Of a DNA stretch of 64,000 nt, positions 1 through 10,027 are shown one piece after another. Every line of letters begins with the position of its first letter. The first letter of the stretch is position 1. Position numbers and translations under genes: made by a program. The stretch covers positions 74 to 64,073 of the forward strand of contig PMYL01000015.1 of assembly GCA_003170825.1 (NCBI GenBank), read 5' to 3'. The notes below the pieces were generated by a model. It saw nothing but the letters and a program-made list of their open reading frames with translations, had not been told where the DNA came from and did no database searches. The stretch comes from Acidobacteriaceae bacterium (GTDB lineage Bacteria; Acidobacteriota; Terriglobia; Terriglobales; Acidobacteriaceae).

Positions 1-2613
1 CCACTGTTTCAGATTCGGTTCCTGGAGGGCGCGGAGTTCAATGCAGCCGTCGATGCGTTCGATGGCATGCTTGAGGGCCAGATCGGAGGCGGCCACTTTG
101 TGCGTGGAGAAGAAGTTCTTTACGCCTTCGCGGGCATCGGCGGAGCAGAACGCGCCTGTTGAGCCTACGACGATGGCGCCTATCTCGGTGGTGAACTGGG
201 CGTGGACCTTGTCCCAGTTGGTTTGGATGTACTTCCAGGCCTGGTCGCGGGTGGCGGGAATCTGGAGGGCGATGGCGAACTGGATGGCCGCGTCCTGATT
301 GCGGACCTTGCCGGAGGCTGCGTAGTCCAGGGAGCGTTGAACAAGGGCGGGATCTTCAAACTGGGCGAGCAGGCGAAGGGCGCCCTCCTGGAACTCGGGA
401 TTGGCCGAGGTCTCAAAGACGTGCTGCAACTGGTCAAAGAGAGCGGCGTCGCCGTTGCGGGCGGCGACGGCGAGGGCGGTCTGGCCGAGCGTGGGATCGA
501 CGGAGGCGGGATCGGCGAGAAAATTCTGCGCGATCTGGCGGGCCTGGGCGAGGACGGCGGGATCCTTGCCATAGTAGCCGAGGATGCCGAAGAGCTGGGC
601 GCGCAACTCGCGGGTGTTGGGCGAATCGGTCTCCGCGGGGGGGCCGAGTTTGGCGAACTGCGGCGCAAAGGTGGAGCGAACCCAGGCAGCGAGCGCGGCC
701 TTCTCTTCAGAAGTGGCGGCAACGCGTTCAAAGATCGCGCCGACGCTATGGTAGGCATCTTCGACGACATCAGCGTTAGGGTCTGCTTTGATGGCGCCCA
801 TGAGGTCGAGATAGTCGCCGACGGTGGCCTTGTTGGCGCGGACCTGAGCCCACTCGTCGCCGATCAGGCTGATGCGCTCGGTGGGAGTGAGGCTGGTTTC
901 CACGCCGGCCACGAGAGCCGCGTAGACGCTGGGCGGGTAGGCGCTGCGGTAATAGCCCTTGCCACCGGCATTGGCGAAGAAGAGGCCGGCGGCGGGCGCC
1001 TTCAATGTGGAATCGGCGGGGGTGAGGAGCTGACAGTCCTGGCCCTCAACTCCATTTTTGAAACAGACGGGGAGGGTCCATTTCTGGGCGGGGTCCGGCT
1101 CAATGCTGGGGCTGAGGAAGAAGCGCTTCTGCGCGACGGAAACTCGCCGCGGCGAGCCATTAGCCGGCTCGCCGAAGGTGAGGATGGGCGCGCCCGGCTG
1201 GGCCACCAGGCTCTCCATGATCTTGTCCACCGGCTTGTGGCTTGTCGCGGTCTGGGCGCCCCAGAAATCTTCCGCGGTGGCGTTCGCGTATTTGTGGGCG
1301 TCCAGGTAGTTGTGCACGCCCTGGCGGAAGGTCTCCTCGCCCAGATAGTTTTCAACGGTCAGCAACACGGCGGCAGCCTTGCCGTAGGCGATGCCGTCGA
1401 ACATCTGGCTGATCTCGTCGGGGGTGTCGGCCTTGGCGCGGATGGCGCGGGTGGTGGGCTGCGCGTCCAGATTCAGTGAGTCGTCCACGCCGGAGGCCAC
1501 CATCTGGTCGATATTCCACTCCGGATGCATGCGGGCCACCGCCTTGGTCTCCATCCAGGTGGCGAAGCCCTCGTTGAGCCAGATGTTGTCCCACCACTGC
1601 ATGGTCACCAGGTCGCCGAACCACTGGTGGGCCATTTCGTGGGCAATGACCAGGGCGACTTCCTTCTTTGAGCCAACCGAGGCTGTTTTGGGATCGATGA
1701 GCAGGTCGGTCTCGCGGTAAGTGATGGCGCCGAAGTTCTCCATGGCGCCGGCCTCGAAGTCGGGCAGGGCGATAAGGTCGAGCTTCTTGAGCGGGTAAGG
1801 AATGCCGAAGTAGGTGTTGTAGTAGTGGAGCACGTATTTGGCCACATCGACGCCGTAAGGCGTGAGGGCGACCTTGTCGGGAGTGGAGCAGACGCGGATG
1901 GCTACGCCGTCGGATTCGCCGGCGGTGCACTGGAAGTCGCCGACAAGGAAGGCGACGAGGTAGGTGGACATTTTGGGGGTGGTAAAGAATTTAAGGGTGT
2001 GCTTGCCCGCAATGGGACCGGGTGTGTCGGCTTCGATGGGGCTGTTGGAGATGGCGGTGTCGGCAGCGTCGACGACCAGTGAGACATCATAGGAGGCCTT
2101 GAAGGCCGGTTCGTCGAAGCAGGGGAAGGCGCGGCGGGCGTCGGTGGCCTCGAACTGCGTGACGGCGTAGTTGCGGCGGGCAGTTTTGGAGAGATAGAAG
2201 CCGCGAAGTTCGTTGTTGAGGATGCCGGTGTAGGCGATGGAGAGGGTTGCCTTGCCGGCGGGGAGCTTTTCCGGAAAGGTGAAGGTGGCCTGTTGCTTGT
2301 CTTTGTCGAGGGCGAAGGCGGCGGTTTGCTGCTTGCCGTTGGCGGAGACGGAGACGGATTGGAATGTGATCTCGGCGGCGTTGAGGGTGATATGGTCCAC
2401 CGGCTCGGCGAGGGTCACGTCGATGGTCTCGAAGCCGGAAAAAGTCGCGGCTTTGAGGTCGGGCGTGAGGGTGAGGGTATAGTGCTCGGGGCGGACGGTC
2501 GAAGGGAGGCGCTGGGCGTTTGCGGGGCGGACGGGGGCCAGGAAAAGACAAATCAGTGCGGCCGATGTTGCCAGAGCTACGCGAAACGATGGGGCGGAAC
2601 AACGAATAATCAT
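1..2613 (-). CDS. M1 family zinc aminopeptidase, secreted (3' end runs off the window)
   Basis: Manual translation from ATG 2613: signal peptide MIIRCSAPSFRVALATSAALICLFLAPVRPANA, then QFEATDARRAFPCFDEP, GAMENFG and HEMAHQWFGDLVTMQWWDNIWLNEG (GAMEN plus HEXXH-X18-E). It is absent from the ORF track because no stop lies in the window. Confidence 0.95.
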   Translation of the reverse strand, partial: MIIRCSAPSFRVALATSAALICLFLAPVRPANAQRLPSTVRPEHYTLTLTPDLKAATFSGFETIDVTLAEPVDHITLNAAEITFQSVSVSANGKQQTAAFALDKDKQQATFTFPEKLPAGKATLSIAYTGILNNELRGFYLSKTARRNYAVTQFEATDARRAFPCFDEPAFKASYDVSLVVDAADTAISNSPIEADTPGPIAGKHTLKFFTTPKMSTYLVAFLVGDFQCTAGESDGVAIRVCSTPDKVALTPYGVDVAKYVLHYYNTYFGIPYPLKKLDLIALPDFEAGAMENFGAITYRETDLLIDPKTASVGSKKEVALVIAHEMAHQWFGDLVTMQWWDNIWLNEGFATWMETKAVARMHPEWNIDQMVASGVDDSLNLDAQPTTRAIRAKADTPDEISQMFDGIAYGKAAAVLLTVENYLGEETFRQGVHNYLDAHKYANATAEDFWGAQTATSHKPVDKIMESLVAQPGAPILTFGEPANGSPRRVSVAQKRFFLSPSIEPDPAQKWTLPVCFKNGVEGQDCQLLTPADSTLKAPAAGLFFANAGGKGYYRSAYPPSVYAALVAGVETSLTPTERISLIGDEWAQVRANKATVGDYLDLMGAIKADPNADVVEDAYHSVGAIFERVAATSEEKAALAAWVRSTFAPQFAKLGPPAETDSPNTRELRAQLFGILGYYGKDPAVLAQARQIAQNFLADPASVDPTLGQTALAVAARNGDAALFDQLQHVFETSANPEFQEGALRLLAQFEDPALVQRSLDYAASGKVRNQDAAIQFAIALQIPATRDQAWKYIQTNWDKVHAQFTTEIGAIVVGSTGAFCSADAREGVKNFFSTHKVAASDLALKHAIERIDGCIELRALQEPNLKQW

Positions 2614-2636
2614 GGAAGCCTCGTGGGGTTGGGCGG

Positions 2637-3185
2637 TCATTGCGCCGCGGTCTTTTTCGGCAGCAGGGAGTCGAGCAGGAGGAGGCATGCGCCGGTGACG
2701 ATGGAGGAGTCGGCCAGGTTGAAGTCGGGCCAGTGGTAGGTGAAGATGTGGACTTCAATGAAGTCGACGACCGAGCCGTAGAGGATGCGGTCGTGGACGT
2801 TGCCGAGGGCTCCGGCAAAAATGAGGGCGAGGGCGACGGTGGTGAGGGTGAAGCGGTTGCCGAGGCGGACCATGGCAACGAGGACGATCAAGGCTGCCAG
2901 AAGCGAGAAGCCGATCAAGGCCCAGCGGACCGTGTGGGGCGAAGCGGAGTCGGCGAAGAGCGAGAAGGCCGCGCCCTCGTTGGTCCAATGGGTGATGCGC
3001 AGAACGCGGGGTATGACCGCGATGGCGCCACCCATGGGGATGCGGAGCGTTACCAAGGTCTTGGTCAGGCGGTCGGCAAGGATGACCAGCGCGGAGATGA
3101 GCAAAAGCCAGGGCAGGCGGCGACCACCCCACGGACGAAGACCTGTGCGTGGGGACCCCGGGCGGCGAGGGGCTGGAAAGCTCAC
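2637..3185 (-). CDS. lspA: Lipoprotein signal peptidase (signal peptidase II)
   Basis: Motifs DRLTK, NEGAAFS, GALGNVHDRILYGSVVDFI and FNLADSSI; directly downstream of ileS. Confidence 0.95.
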   Translation of the reverse strand: MSFPAPRRPGSPRTGLRPWGGRRLPWLLLISALVILADRLTKTLVTLRIPMGGAIAVIPRVLRITHWTNEGAAFSLFADSASPHTVRWALIGFSLLAALIVLVAMVRLGNRFTLTTVALALIFAGALGNVHDRILYGSVVDFIEVHIFTYHWPDFNLADSSIVTGACLLLLDSLLPKKTAAQ

Positions 3186-6148
3186 GAGGCGGCCTCCGGA
3201 GATTGCGGCTGTGGCGGGTCGATGCCCATTTCGGTGAGCGCGGATTGGCAGCGGGTGCAGACGTTCTGCCAGATGCCGTAGTTCGAGACTTCAGGCATGA
3301 AGTTCCAGCAGCGAGCGCACTTGTGGCCTGTTGCGGAGTATACGGCGAACGAGAGATAGTTCGACGTCGTCATTGTCTTGAAGAAGGGCTTTTCCTTCGC
3401 AGGAGCCCTGTATCCCGATTCCACCGCACCGTTGAGAACCAAAACCTTTGAAACATTGAGTAACTCCTTGAGTCCGTCCTCATGCTGTTTGAGGAGGCCG
3501 AAGATCTCTTCTTTCACAAGGAAATGGATCTCCGCTTCAAGAGACTTTCCGATCATCTTGTCTTGGCGGGCGTCTTCGAGGAGCCGAAGCGCCAGATCGC
3601 GAATATTGAGAAGGTCTTTCCACTCTTCGAGCAACGGCGCTGGATCTTCGGAGAAGATCTCAGCCGGGGCAGGGAATTGGGCGAGGTGGACGCTCGCTTC
3701 GCGGCCTTCGACGGCGGGGAGATAGTCCCAAACTTCGTCGGCGGTGAAGCTGAGGATGGGCGCGACGAGACGAACGAGGGTTTCGGTGATCTGCCAGAGC
3801 ACGGTTTGCGCCGAGCGGCGCTCGTGGCTTGTGGGCGCGAAGGTGTACATGCGGTCCTTGAGCACATCGAGATAGAAGGAACTCAGGTCCACGATGGCAA
3901 ACTCATTGACCGCGTGATAGACGCGATGAAACTCGAAGGCCGCGTACCAGCCAAGAATCTTTTCAGTCAGTTCACGTGTCCGGGCCAGCATATAACGGTC
4001 GAGCGGCAGAAGCTCCGCTTCTTTGATCCTGTCGCGGACGGGGTCAAAGCCGTTGAGATTGCCGAGCAGGAAGCGGAAGGTGTTGCGCAGCTTGCGATAG
4101 ATGTCGGCGCAGCGCTGCATTAAGTTTTCGCTGGCGGCCATGTCTTCGCGGAAATCGATAGAGGCGACCCAGAGGCGGACGATTTCGCCGCCAAGGCGGT
4201 TGGCGATATCGACGGGATCGACTCCGTTGCCGAGGGACTTGGACATGGCGCGGCCCTGCTCGTCGAGGGTCCAGCCGGCGGTGGCGACGTGGGAGTAGGG
4301 CGCGCGGCCGCGCAAGGCCACCGAGGTGAGCAGCGAGGAGTGGAACCAGCCGCGGTGCTGGTCGCCGCCTTCGAGGTACAGGACTTGTGTGCCTTCGTTC
4401 TTTTGGAAAGCGGTGTAGGGCGCCTTGAGGTCGGGGTCGGCTTCGCAGACGGCAAACCAACTCGTGCCGGAGTCGAACCAGACGTCGAGAATGTCGGTTT
4501 CCTTGCGGAACTCGGTGTTGCCGCAGTGGGAGCAGACGGTGTTGGGCGGAAGCAGGCCGGACGTGTCGATGGTGTGCCAGGCTTCGGCGCCTTCGCGGTC
4601 GAAGAGATCGACGATGGCGCGGTTGAGCGCCGGGTCGTTGATGGGCTGGTTGCATTTCTCGCAGAGGAAGACGGCGATGGGTACGCCCCAGATGCGCTGG
4701 CGGCTGATGCACCAGTCGGGGCGGGTGGCGATCATGTTGGTGATGCGCTCCTTGCCCCAGGCCGGGTCCCAGACCACCTTATCAATTTCTTCGATGGCCA
4801 ACTGGCGGAAGGTGGTTTCTGTGCCGTCGGCGCGTCGGACAGGGGTCTCGAGGCCGATGAACCACTGCTCGGTGGCGCGGAAGATGACCGGCTTGTGGCA
4901 GCGCCAGCAGTGCGGGTAAGAGTGTTGAAGATCGGAACAGGCCAGCAGCGCGCCGGACTCTTCGAGTATGGCGACGATGATGGGATTGGCGTCCCAGACC
5001 TTCTTGCCATCGAAGGCGGGCGGAGCGGTGTGGTCCCAGGCGCTCGGGTCGACGTGGATGTGGCCCGCGGCGTCCACGCGGCAGGTGGGGTCGAGGCCGT
5101 AACGGACGCCAGTGTAGAAGTCGTCCGCACCGTGGGCGGGGGCCGTGTGAACGGCTCCGGTGCCCTGGTCGGCGGTGACGTAGGTGGCCAGGACGCCGAG
5201 GATGCTGCGATCGAGGAAGGGATGGCTGAAGGTGACGCGGTCGAGCATGGCGCCTTTGAAGCGGGCGAGTTCGGTGGTTGGGCCTAACTGGCAGGCGGCA
5301 GCGACCGAGGCGGCCAGTTCAGCGGCGACGATGTAGACTGCCCCATCTTCCGCGACCAGCGCAACGTAGTCGAAGTCGGGATGAAAGGCTACGGCCAGGG
5401 ACGCGGGCAGGGTCCAGGGGGTGGTGGTCCAGATGATGGTGGAGACCTGCTTGCCGGCGAGGGCTGGGTGGATGGCCGCCTGGTCCGAGGTAAGGCGGTA
5501 GCGCACGTAGACCGAGGGGCTGGTGTGGTTCTCGTACTCGACCTCGGCCTCGGCCAGGGCGGTTCGGTCGTGGATGCACCAGTAGACCGGTTTAAGGCCG
5601 CGGTAGACGAAGCCTTTCTCGAGGAAGCCGTAAAAGGCTTCGAGGGAGCGGGCCTCGTAGTCGCGGGCCATGGTCTTGTAGGGTTTGTCCCAGCGGCCGA
5701 AGCAGCCGATGCGCTCGAACTGCGAGGTTTGCAGGTCAACGTACTTTTGCGCGTAGGCGCGGCAGGCTTCGAGGACGGCGGGGACAGGCATTTCGAGCTT
5801 CTTGCGGCCCAGATGCTCATCCACCTTGATCTCGATGGGCAGGCCGTGGCAGTCGTAGCCGGGGACGTAGGGAGCGTCGAAGCCGGCCATGGTTTTGGAC
5901 TTGACGACAAAATCCTTGAGGCCCTTGTTGAGGGCGTGGCCGAGGTGGATGGGGCCGTTGGCGTAAGGAGGGCCGTCGTGGAGAATATAGGAGGGACGGC
6001 CGCGGCCGGCTTTGCGCAGTTCTTCGTAAAGGCGGAGCGAGGCCCAGCGGGCCAGCCGAAGCGGTTCATTCTGTGGCAGATTGGCCTTCATCGGAAAGGC
6101 GGTCTGCGGCAAGGTAAGGGTCGCCTTCAACTCCGGCGCTGCGGGCAT
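3182..6148 (-). CDS. ileS: Isoleucine--tRNA ligase
   Basis: HDGPPYANGPIHLGH (HIGH), WTTTPWTLP, DWCISRQRIWG, AMSKS (KMSKS) and a C-terminal CARCW..C.RC zinc finger. Start taken at MPAAPELK; the ORF track extends to 6181. Confidence 0.97.
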   Translation of the reverse strand: MPAAPELKATLTLPQTAFPMKANLPQNEPLRLARWASLRLYEELRKAGRGRPSYILHDGPPYANGPIHLGHALNKGLKDFVVKSKTMAGFDAPYVPGYDCHGLPIEIKVDEHLGRKKLEMPVPAVLEACRAYAQKYVDLQTSQFERIGCFGRWDKPYKTMARDYEARSLEAFYGFLEKGFVYRGLKPVYWCIHDRTALAEAEVEYENHTSPSVYVRYRLTSDQAAIHPALAGKQVSTIIWTTTPWTLPASLAVAFHPDFDYVALVAEDGAVYIVAAELAASVAAACQLGPTTELARFKGAMLDRVTFSHPFLDRSILGVLATYVTADQGTGAVHTAPAHGADDFYTGVRYGLDPTCRVDAAGHIHVDPSAWDHTAPPAFDGKKVWDANPIIVAILEESGALLACSDLQHSYPHCWRCHKPVIFRATEQWFIGLETPVRRADGTETTFRQLAIEEIDKVVWDPAWGKERITNMIATRPDWCISRQRIWGVPIAVFLCEKCNQPINDPALNRAIVDLFDREGAEAWHTIDTSGLLPPNTVCSHCGNTEFRKETDILDVWFDSGTSWFAVCEADPDLKAPYTAFQKNEGTQVLYLEGGDQHRGWFHSSLLTSVALRGRAPYSHVATAGWTLDEQGRAMSKSLGNGVDPVDIANRLGGEIVRLWVASIDFREDMAASENLMQRCADIYRKLRNTFRFLLGNLNGFDPVRDRIKEAELLPLDRYMLARTRELTEKILGWYAAFEFHRVYHAVNEFAIVDLSSFYLDVLKDRMYTFAPTSHERRSAQTVLWQITETLVRLVAPILSFTADEVWDYLPAVEGREASVHLAQFPAPAEIFSEDPAPLLEEWKDLLNIRDLALRLLEDARQDKMIGKSLEAEIHFLVKEEIFGLLKQHEDGLKELLNVSKVLVLNGAVESGYRAPAKEKPFFKTMTTSNYLSFAVYSATGHKCARCWNFMPEVSNYGIWQNVCTRCQSALTEMGIDPPQPQSPEAAS

Positions 6149-6406
6149 CGTCACTCCCTGGGATGGTGCGAACTTGTTCATTGGTTAGTGTAAATGGCGC
6201 GGGGCGAGGAATTTTGCGTTACAACCGTGCGCGTTCCCCGTCTATTGTTTATGGGAGACCGGACCACAGTGGAATATGAGACCCTGGAGTTCGAGACCCT
6301 GACCGGCGAGACAGAGACGGGCGCAGTCGAGCATAATAGACAGATGGGCCGGGAAGCGGGAAATGTTCCGTCCGGGCGCCCAGAGGCCACAGAACCAGCC
6401 GCAACT

Positions 6407-7369
6407 ATGGCAAACGACCTGCTCATTCAGCCAGACACGGAATCCCAAGCCGCCGCGGTCATCGCGGACGGCTTCGAACTCGACCTCACCTTCGGGATTC
6501 CCATCGAGGAAAAGCCCATCTGGAGCGGGCTCTACGAGAGCATCCGCGACGTCTTTTTTCCGCCCAAGCTGCCGCCGCTGAAGTTGACCTCGACGCCGAT
6601 TCCGGTTCCGGACCGGATGGCGGTGAAGCCGAATCCTTGGGCGATCGGCATCTCCACCACTCTTAACGTGGCCATTCTGATTGTCGCTCTCATCTTTGGC
6701 GTGGCGAAGGTCGTCGATCAGGTCAAGAAGAACAACTTGGTCGTGACGCCGGTCGATTTGACGGAATTCAAGGCCCCCAAGAAAGATGTTGCCGCGGGCG
6801 GCGGCGGCGGAAGCCCGGACAAGATCGAAGCGATCAAGGGCAAAATCCCCCCGCGCGAGCAGCCTGCGGTGATCACTCCCAAGTTGGAGCCGCCGCTTCC
6901 CTCGATCGATGTGCAGAAGGACATTATCATTCCCGACAATCCGAACCTGCCGAATTTTGGCGTCTCGAACTCTGCCAACGTCAAGCTGGCTTCGGGCGGA
7001 ACCGGAACCGGCATGGGCCTGGGTTCAGGGCATGGAGATGGATACGGGCCGGGTTACGGCGGAAACATCGGTGGTGGTCTGGAGAGAATAGGCGGCCGGG
7101 TTTCGGTGCCCGTGGTTTTGTACGAGCCCGAGGCCGAGTTCTCCGACGAAGCGCGCCGGGCCAAGTACCAGGGAGTTTGCATCATCACGCTGATTGTGGA
7201 TAAGGATGGGAATCCGCAGAATCCGCATGTGACCCGCGCGCTGGGCATGGGGCTGGACGAGAAGGCCCTGGAAGCGGTCCGCAAGTACAAGTTCAAACCG
7301 GCGATGAAGGACGGCAAGACGCCGGTGTCGGTCATGCTTAGCATCGAGGTCAACTTCCGCATGTATTGA
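6407..7369 (+). CDS. Energy transducer TonB family protein
   Basis: One TM helix, a Pro/Gly-rich linker and a TonB C-terminal domain (PEAEFSDEARRAKYQG...ALEAVRKYKFKPAMKDGK.PVSV). Start at MANDLL is inferred; the ORF track begins at 6194. Confidence 0.88.
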   Translation: MANDLLIQPDTESQAAAVIADGFELDLTFGIPIEEKPIWSGLYESIRDVFFPPKLPPLKLTSTPIPVPDRMAVKPNPWAIGISTTLNVAILIVALIFGVAKVVDQVKKNNLVVTPVDLTEFKAPKKDVAAGGGGGSPDKIEAIKGKIPPREQPAVITPKLEPPLPSIDVQKDIIIPDNPNLPNFGVSNSANVKLASGGTGTGMGLGSGHGDGYGPGYGGNIGGGLERIGGRVSVPVVLYEPEAEFSDEARRAKYQGVCIITLIVDKDGNPQNPHVTRALGMGLDEKALEAVRKYKFKPAMKDGKTPVSVMLSIEVNFRMY

Positions 7370-7389
7370 AGGCGCGGGACGGTTGCGAC

Positions 7390-7427
7390 AAAGGGAGCGG
7401 AGCGCATGGGCGCTTCGCTTTTCTTTT
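7390..7427 (+). terminator. Probable intrinsic terminator after the TonB gene
   Basis: Stem gagcggagcgc-atgg-gcgcttcgctt followed by ttctttt. Confidence 0.65.
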
Positions 7428-7519
7428 GCGCGCAAGAACTCCCTGAAGCGATAACCCTGAAGGCAACGACGGCTCTGCTGTGGTAATCTTCGCTGTTCAG
7501 GAATAGGGAGGCAAGGGCG

Positions 7520-9775
7520 ATGAGGCTGCGGCGGTGGATGGGCGTGTTGGCGGGGTTGGCGATTGTGGCGGGGCTGGCGCGGGGGCTTCAAGCGCAGGCG
7601 GATTATCCGTTCCGGGACCCGAAGCTGGGCGACGACCAGCGGATTGCCGACCTGTTGGGCCGGCTGACGCTGGAAGAAAAAATTTTGCTGATGTCGGACC
7701 ACCCAAAGATTCCGCGGCTGGGGCTGGTTTTCTCCGGCCAGGTGGAGGGGTTGCACGGGCTTGCGCTGGGCGGGCCGGGCGGCTGGGGCGGCAGGGGCAG
7801 GACGCCGCTGCCGACGACGACGTTTCCGCAGGAAAAAGGGCTGGGCGCGACCTGGGACCCGGAACTCGTGAAAAAGATTGCCTCGGTGGAGGGCTACGAG
7901 GCGCGCTACGACTACCAGAATCCGGTCTACGACCGGGGCGGGGTGGTGGTGCGGGCGCCCAACGCCGATCTGAGCCGCGATCCGCGCTGGGGCCGGACCG
8001 AGGAGTCGTATGGCGAGGACCCGTTTCTGGTGGGGACGCTGACGGTGGCTTTCGCGCAGGGGTTGCAAGGGCCCGATCCGAAACACTGGCAGGCCGCCTC
8101 GCTGATGAAGCACTTTTTGGCCAATGAGAATGAGGATGGGCGCTCCTACACCTCGTCGGACTTCGATGAACGGCTGTTTCGCGAGTACTACTCGGCGCCT
8201 TTTCGCATGGGCTTCGAGGAGGGCGGCTCGCGGGCGGTGATGGCGGCGTACAACTCGTGGAACGGCACGCCCATGCTGATCCATCCGGTGCTGAAGGACG
8301 TGATGATCCGTGAGTGGGGCAACGATGGGCTGATCTGCTCGGACGGCGGCGCGCTGGGGCTGCTGATTACCGCTCACAAGAGCTTTGCCGACAAGGAGCA
8401 CGGCGTGGCGGCGGCGGTGAAGGCGGGCATCAACAACTTTCTCGATACCTATATCGACGACCTGCGCAAGGCGCTGAAGGACGGCCTGCTGACCGAGGCG
8501 GACATGGACGCCTCGCTGCACAATGAGCTGCGCGTCTTTCTGCGGCTTGGCGAGTTCGATGCGCCGGGAGTGGATCCTTACGGGGAGATCGGCCGGAATA
8601 CGATCGGGACCAAAGATGAGGCGGGGCCGCCGTGGGATCGGGATTCAAGCAAGGCGCTGGCGCGGCTGGCGACGGACGAGTCGGTGGTGCTATTGAAAAA
8701 CGAGGGCAATACGCTGCCGCTGGACCGCGCGAAGCTGAAGACCATTGCGGTGATCGGGCCGTGGGCGGACCAGGTGCTGCTGGATTGGTACAGCGGAACG
8801 CCGCCGTATGCGGTGAGTGCGCTGGAGGGGATTCGCGAAGGCGCCGGCAACCACCCCAACGACAAGGACCCGTCGTTGGGGACCCCGGACAGCGGCGTGA
8901 AGGTGCTGTTTGCCGACGGATCGGACCCCGCTGAGGCAGTGGCGCTGGCTCGCAAGGCGGACGTGGCGATTGTGGTGGTGGGCAATCATCCGGAGTGCAA
9001 TGCCGGCTGGGACCAGTGCCCGACTCCCTCGAACGGCAAGGAGGATGTGGACCGCAAGACCATCGTGCTGGAGCAGGAGGAGCTGGTGAAGCAGGTCTTT
9101 GCGGCCAATCCGAAGACGATCGAGGTGCTGCGGGCGAGCTTTCCGTATGCGATCGTCTGGAGCCAGCAGAATCTGCCGGCCATTGTGCACATCACGCACA
9201 ACAGCCAGGAAGAGGGCCACGGGCTGGCCGACGTGCTGTTTGGCGACTACTCGCCGGCCGGGCGGCTTACGCAGACTTGGCCCACGGGCGACGCGCAGTT
9301 GCTGCCCATTCTGGACTACAACCTGCTGCACGGAGAGACTTACCTCTACAGCAAGCAGAAGCCGCTTTACGCCTTCGGTTACGGGCTCAGCTACACGAGC
9401 TTTGCGTTTGAAGGGGTGAAACTGAGTGAGCCGAAGGTGACGGCCGAGGGCTCGGTTCAGGTGACGGTGAAGGTGAAGAACACGGGCAAGCGGGCTGGCG
9501 ATGAGGTGGTGCAGTTGTATGTGCAGCACCTGGGCTCGGCTGTGACGCGGCCACAGTTGGAATTGAAGGGATTCAAGCGGGTGCGGATCGAGGCAGGGGC
9601 GGAGCGGGATGTGACGCTGGAGCTGAAGCCGCGTGACCTGGCGTACTGGGACGCGGCGGGCCACGTCTGGCGGGTGGAAAAGGAACAGGTGCGTGTGCTG
9701 GCCGGCGGATCGAGCGACAAGTTGCCTGTTCAGGCCGTTTTGGCTGTCGATTCGAGCGGAGAGTTCAAACCATAG
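7520..9775 (+). CDS. Glycoside hydrolase family 3 (beta-glucosidase/xylosidase), secreted
   Basis: Signal peptide; RDPRWGRTEESYGEDP, MKHF, ICSDGGA (nucleophile region), LYAFGYGLSYTSF and a C-terminal Fn3-like domain. Confidence 0.93.
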   Translation: MRLRRWMGVLAGLAIVAGLARGLQAQADYPFRDPKLGDDQRIADLLGRLTLEEKILLMSDHPKIPRLGLVFSGQVEGLHGLALGGPGGWGGRGRTPLPTTTFPQEKGLGATWDPELVKKIASVEGYEARYDYQNPVYDRGGVVVRAPNADLSRDPRWGRTEESYGEDPFLVGTLTVAFAQGLQGPDPKHWQAASLMKHFLANENEDGRSYTSSDFDERLFREYYSAPFRMGFEEGGSRAVMAAYNSWNGTPMLIHPVLKDVMIREWGNDGLICSDGGALGLLITAHKSFADKEHGVAAAVKAGINNFLDTYIDDLRKALKDGLLTEADMDASLHNELRVFLRLGEFDAPGVDPYGEIGRNTIGTKDEAGPPWDRDSSKALARLATDESVVLLKNEGNTLPLDRAKLKTIAVIGPWADQVLLDWYSGTPPYAVSALEGIREGAGNHPNDKDPSLGTPDSGVKVLFADGSDPAEAVALARKADVAIVVVGNHPECNAGWDQCPTPSNGKEDVDRKTIVLEQEELVKQVFAANPKTIEVLRASFPYAIVWSQQNLPAIVHITHNSQEEGHGLADVLFGDYSPAGRLTQTWPTGDAQLLPILDYNLLHGETYLYSKQKPLYAFGYGLSYTSFAFEGVKLSEPKVTAEGSVQVTVKVKNTGKRAGDEVVQLYVQHLGSAVTRPQLELKGFKRVRIEAGAERDVTLELKPRDLAYWDAAGHVWRVEKEQVRVLAGGSSDKLPVQAVLAVDSSGEFKP

Positions 9776-9862
9776 AGAGTAAGGAGCTATGGTGGCAAGA
9801 ACGCACTGCGGTCTTTGCCGCGAGAGCTGGGGGTCCAGAAAGCTTGCAGAGTGAGGAAGGAA

Positions 9863-9939
9863 TGGTGCGCCCGGAGAGAGTCGAACTCCCGACCTACTGG
9901 TTCGTAGCCAGTCGCTCTATCCAGCTGAGCTACGGGCGC
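9863..9939 (-). tRNA. tRNA-Arg (ACG)
   Basis: Reverse complement GCGCCCGTAGCTCAGCTGGATAGAGCGACTGGCT-ACG-AACCAGTAGGTCGGGAGTTCGACTCTCTCCGGGCGCACCA: 77-nt cloverleaf with encoded CCA. Confidence 0.97.
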
Positions 9940-10027
9940 ACACGGTTAGTCGCCGCGGCGACCATAGACAGATTATCAGGGTTTTTCAGGCGGCGCAATT
10001 GGTCGAGGGCCTGTTCAAAGGCCCTGT

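Noticed and set aside
202-1479. 425-aa plus-strand ORF and other short ORFs in 1-2900
   Set aside because: Antisense or off-frame shadows of the M1 aminopeptidase in GC-rich DNA; no motifs.
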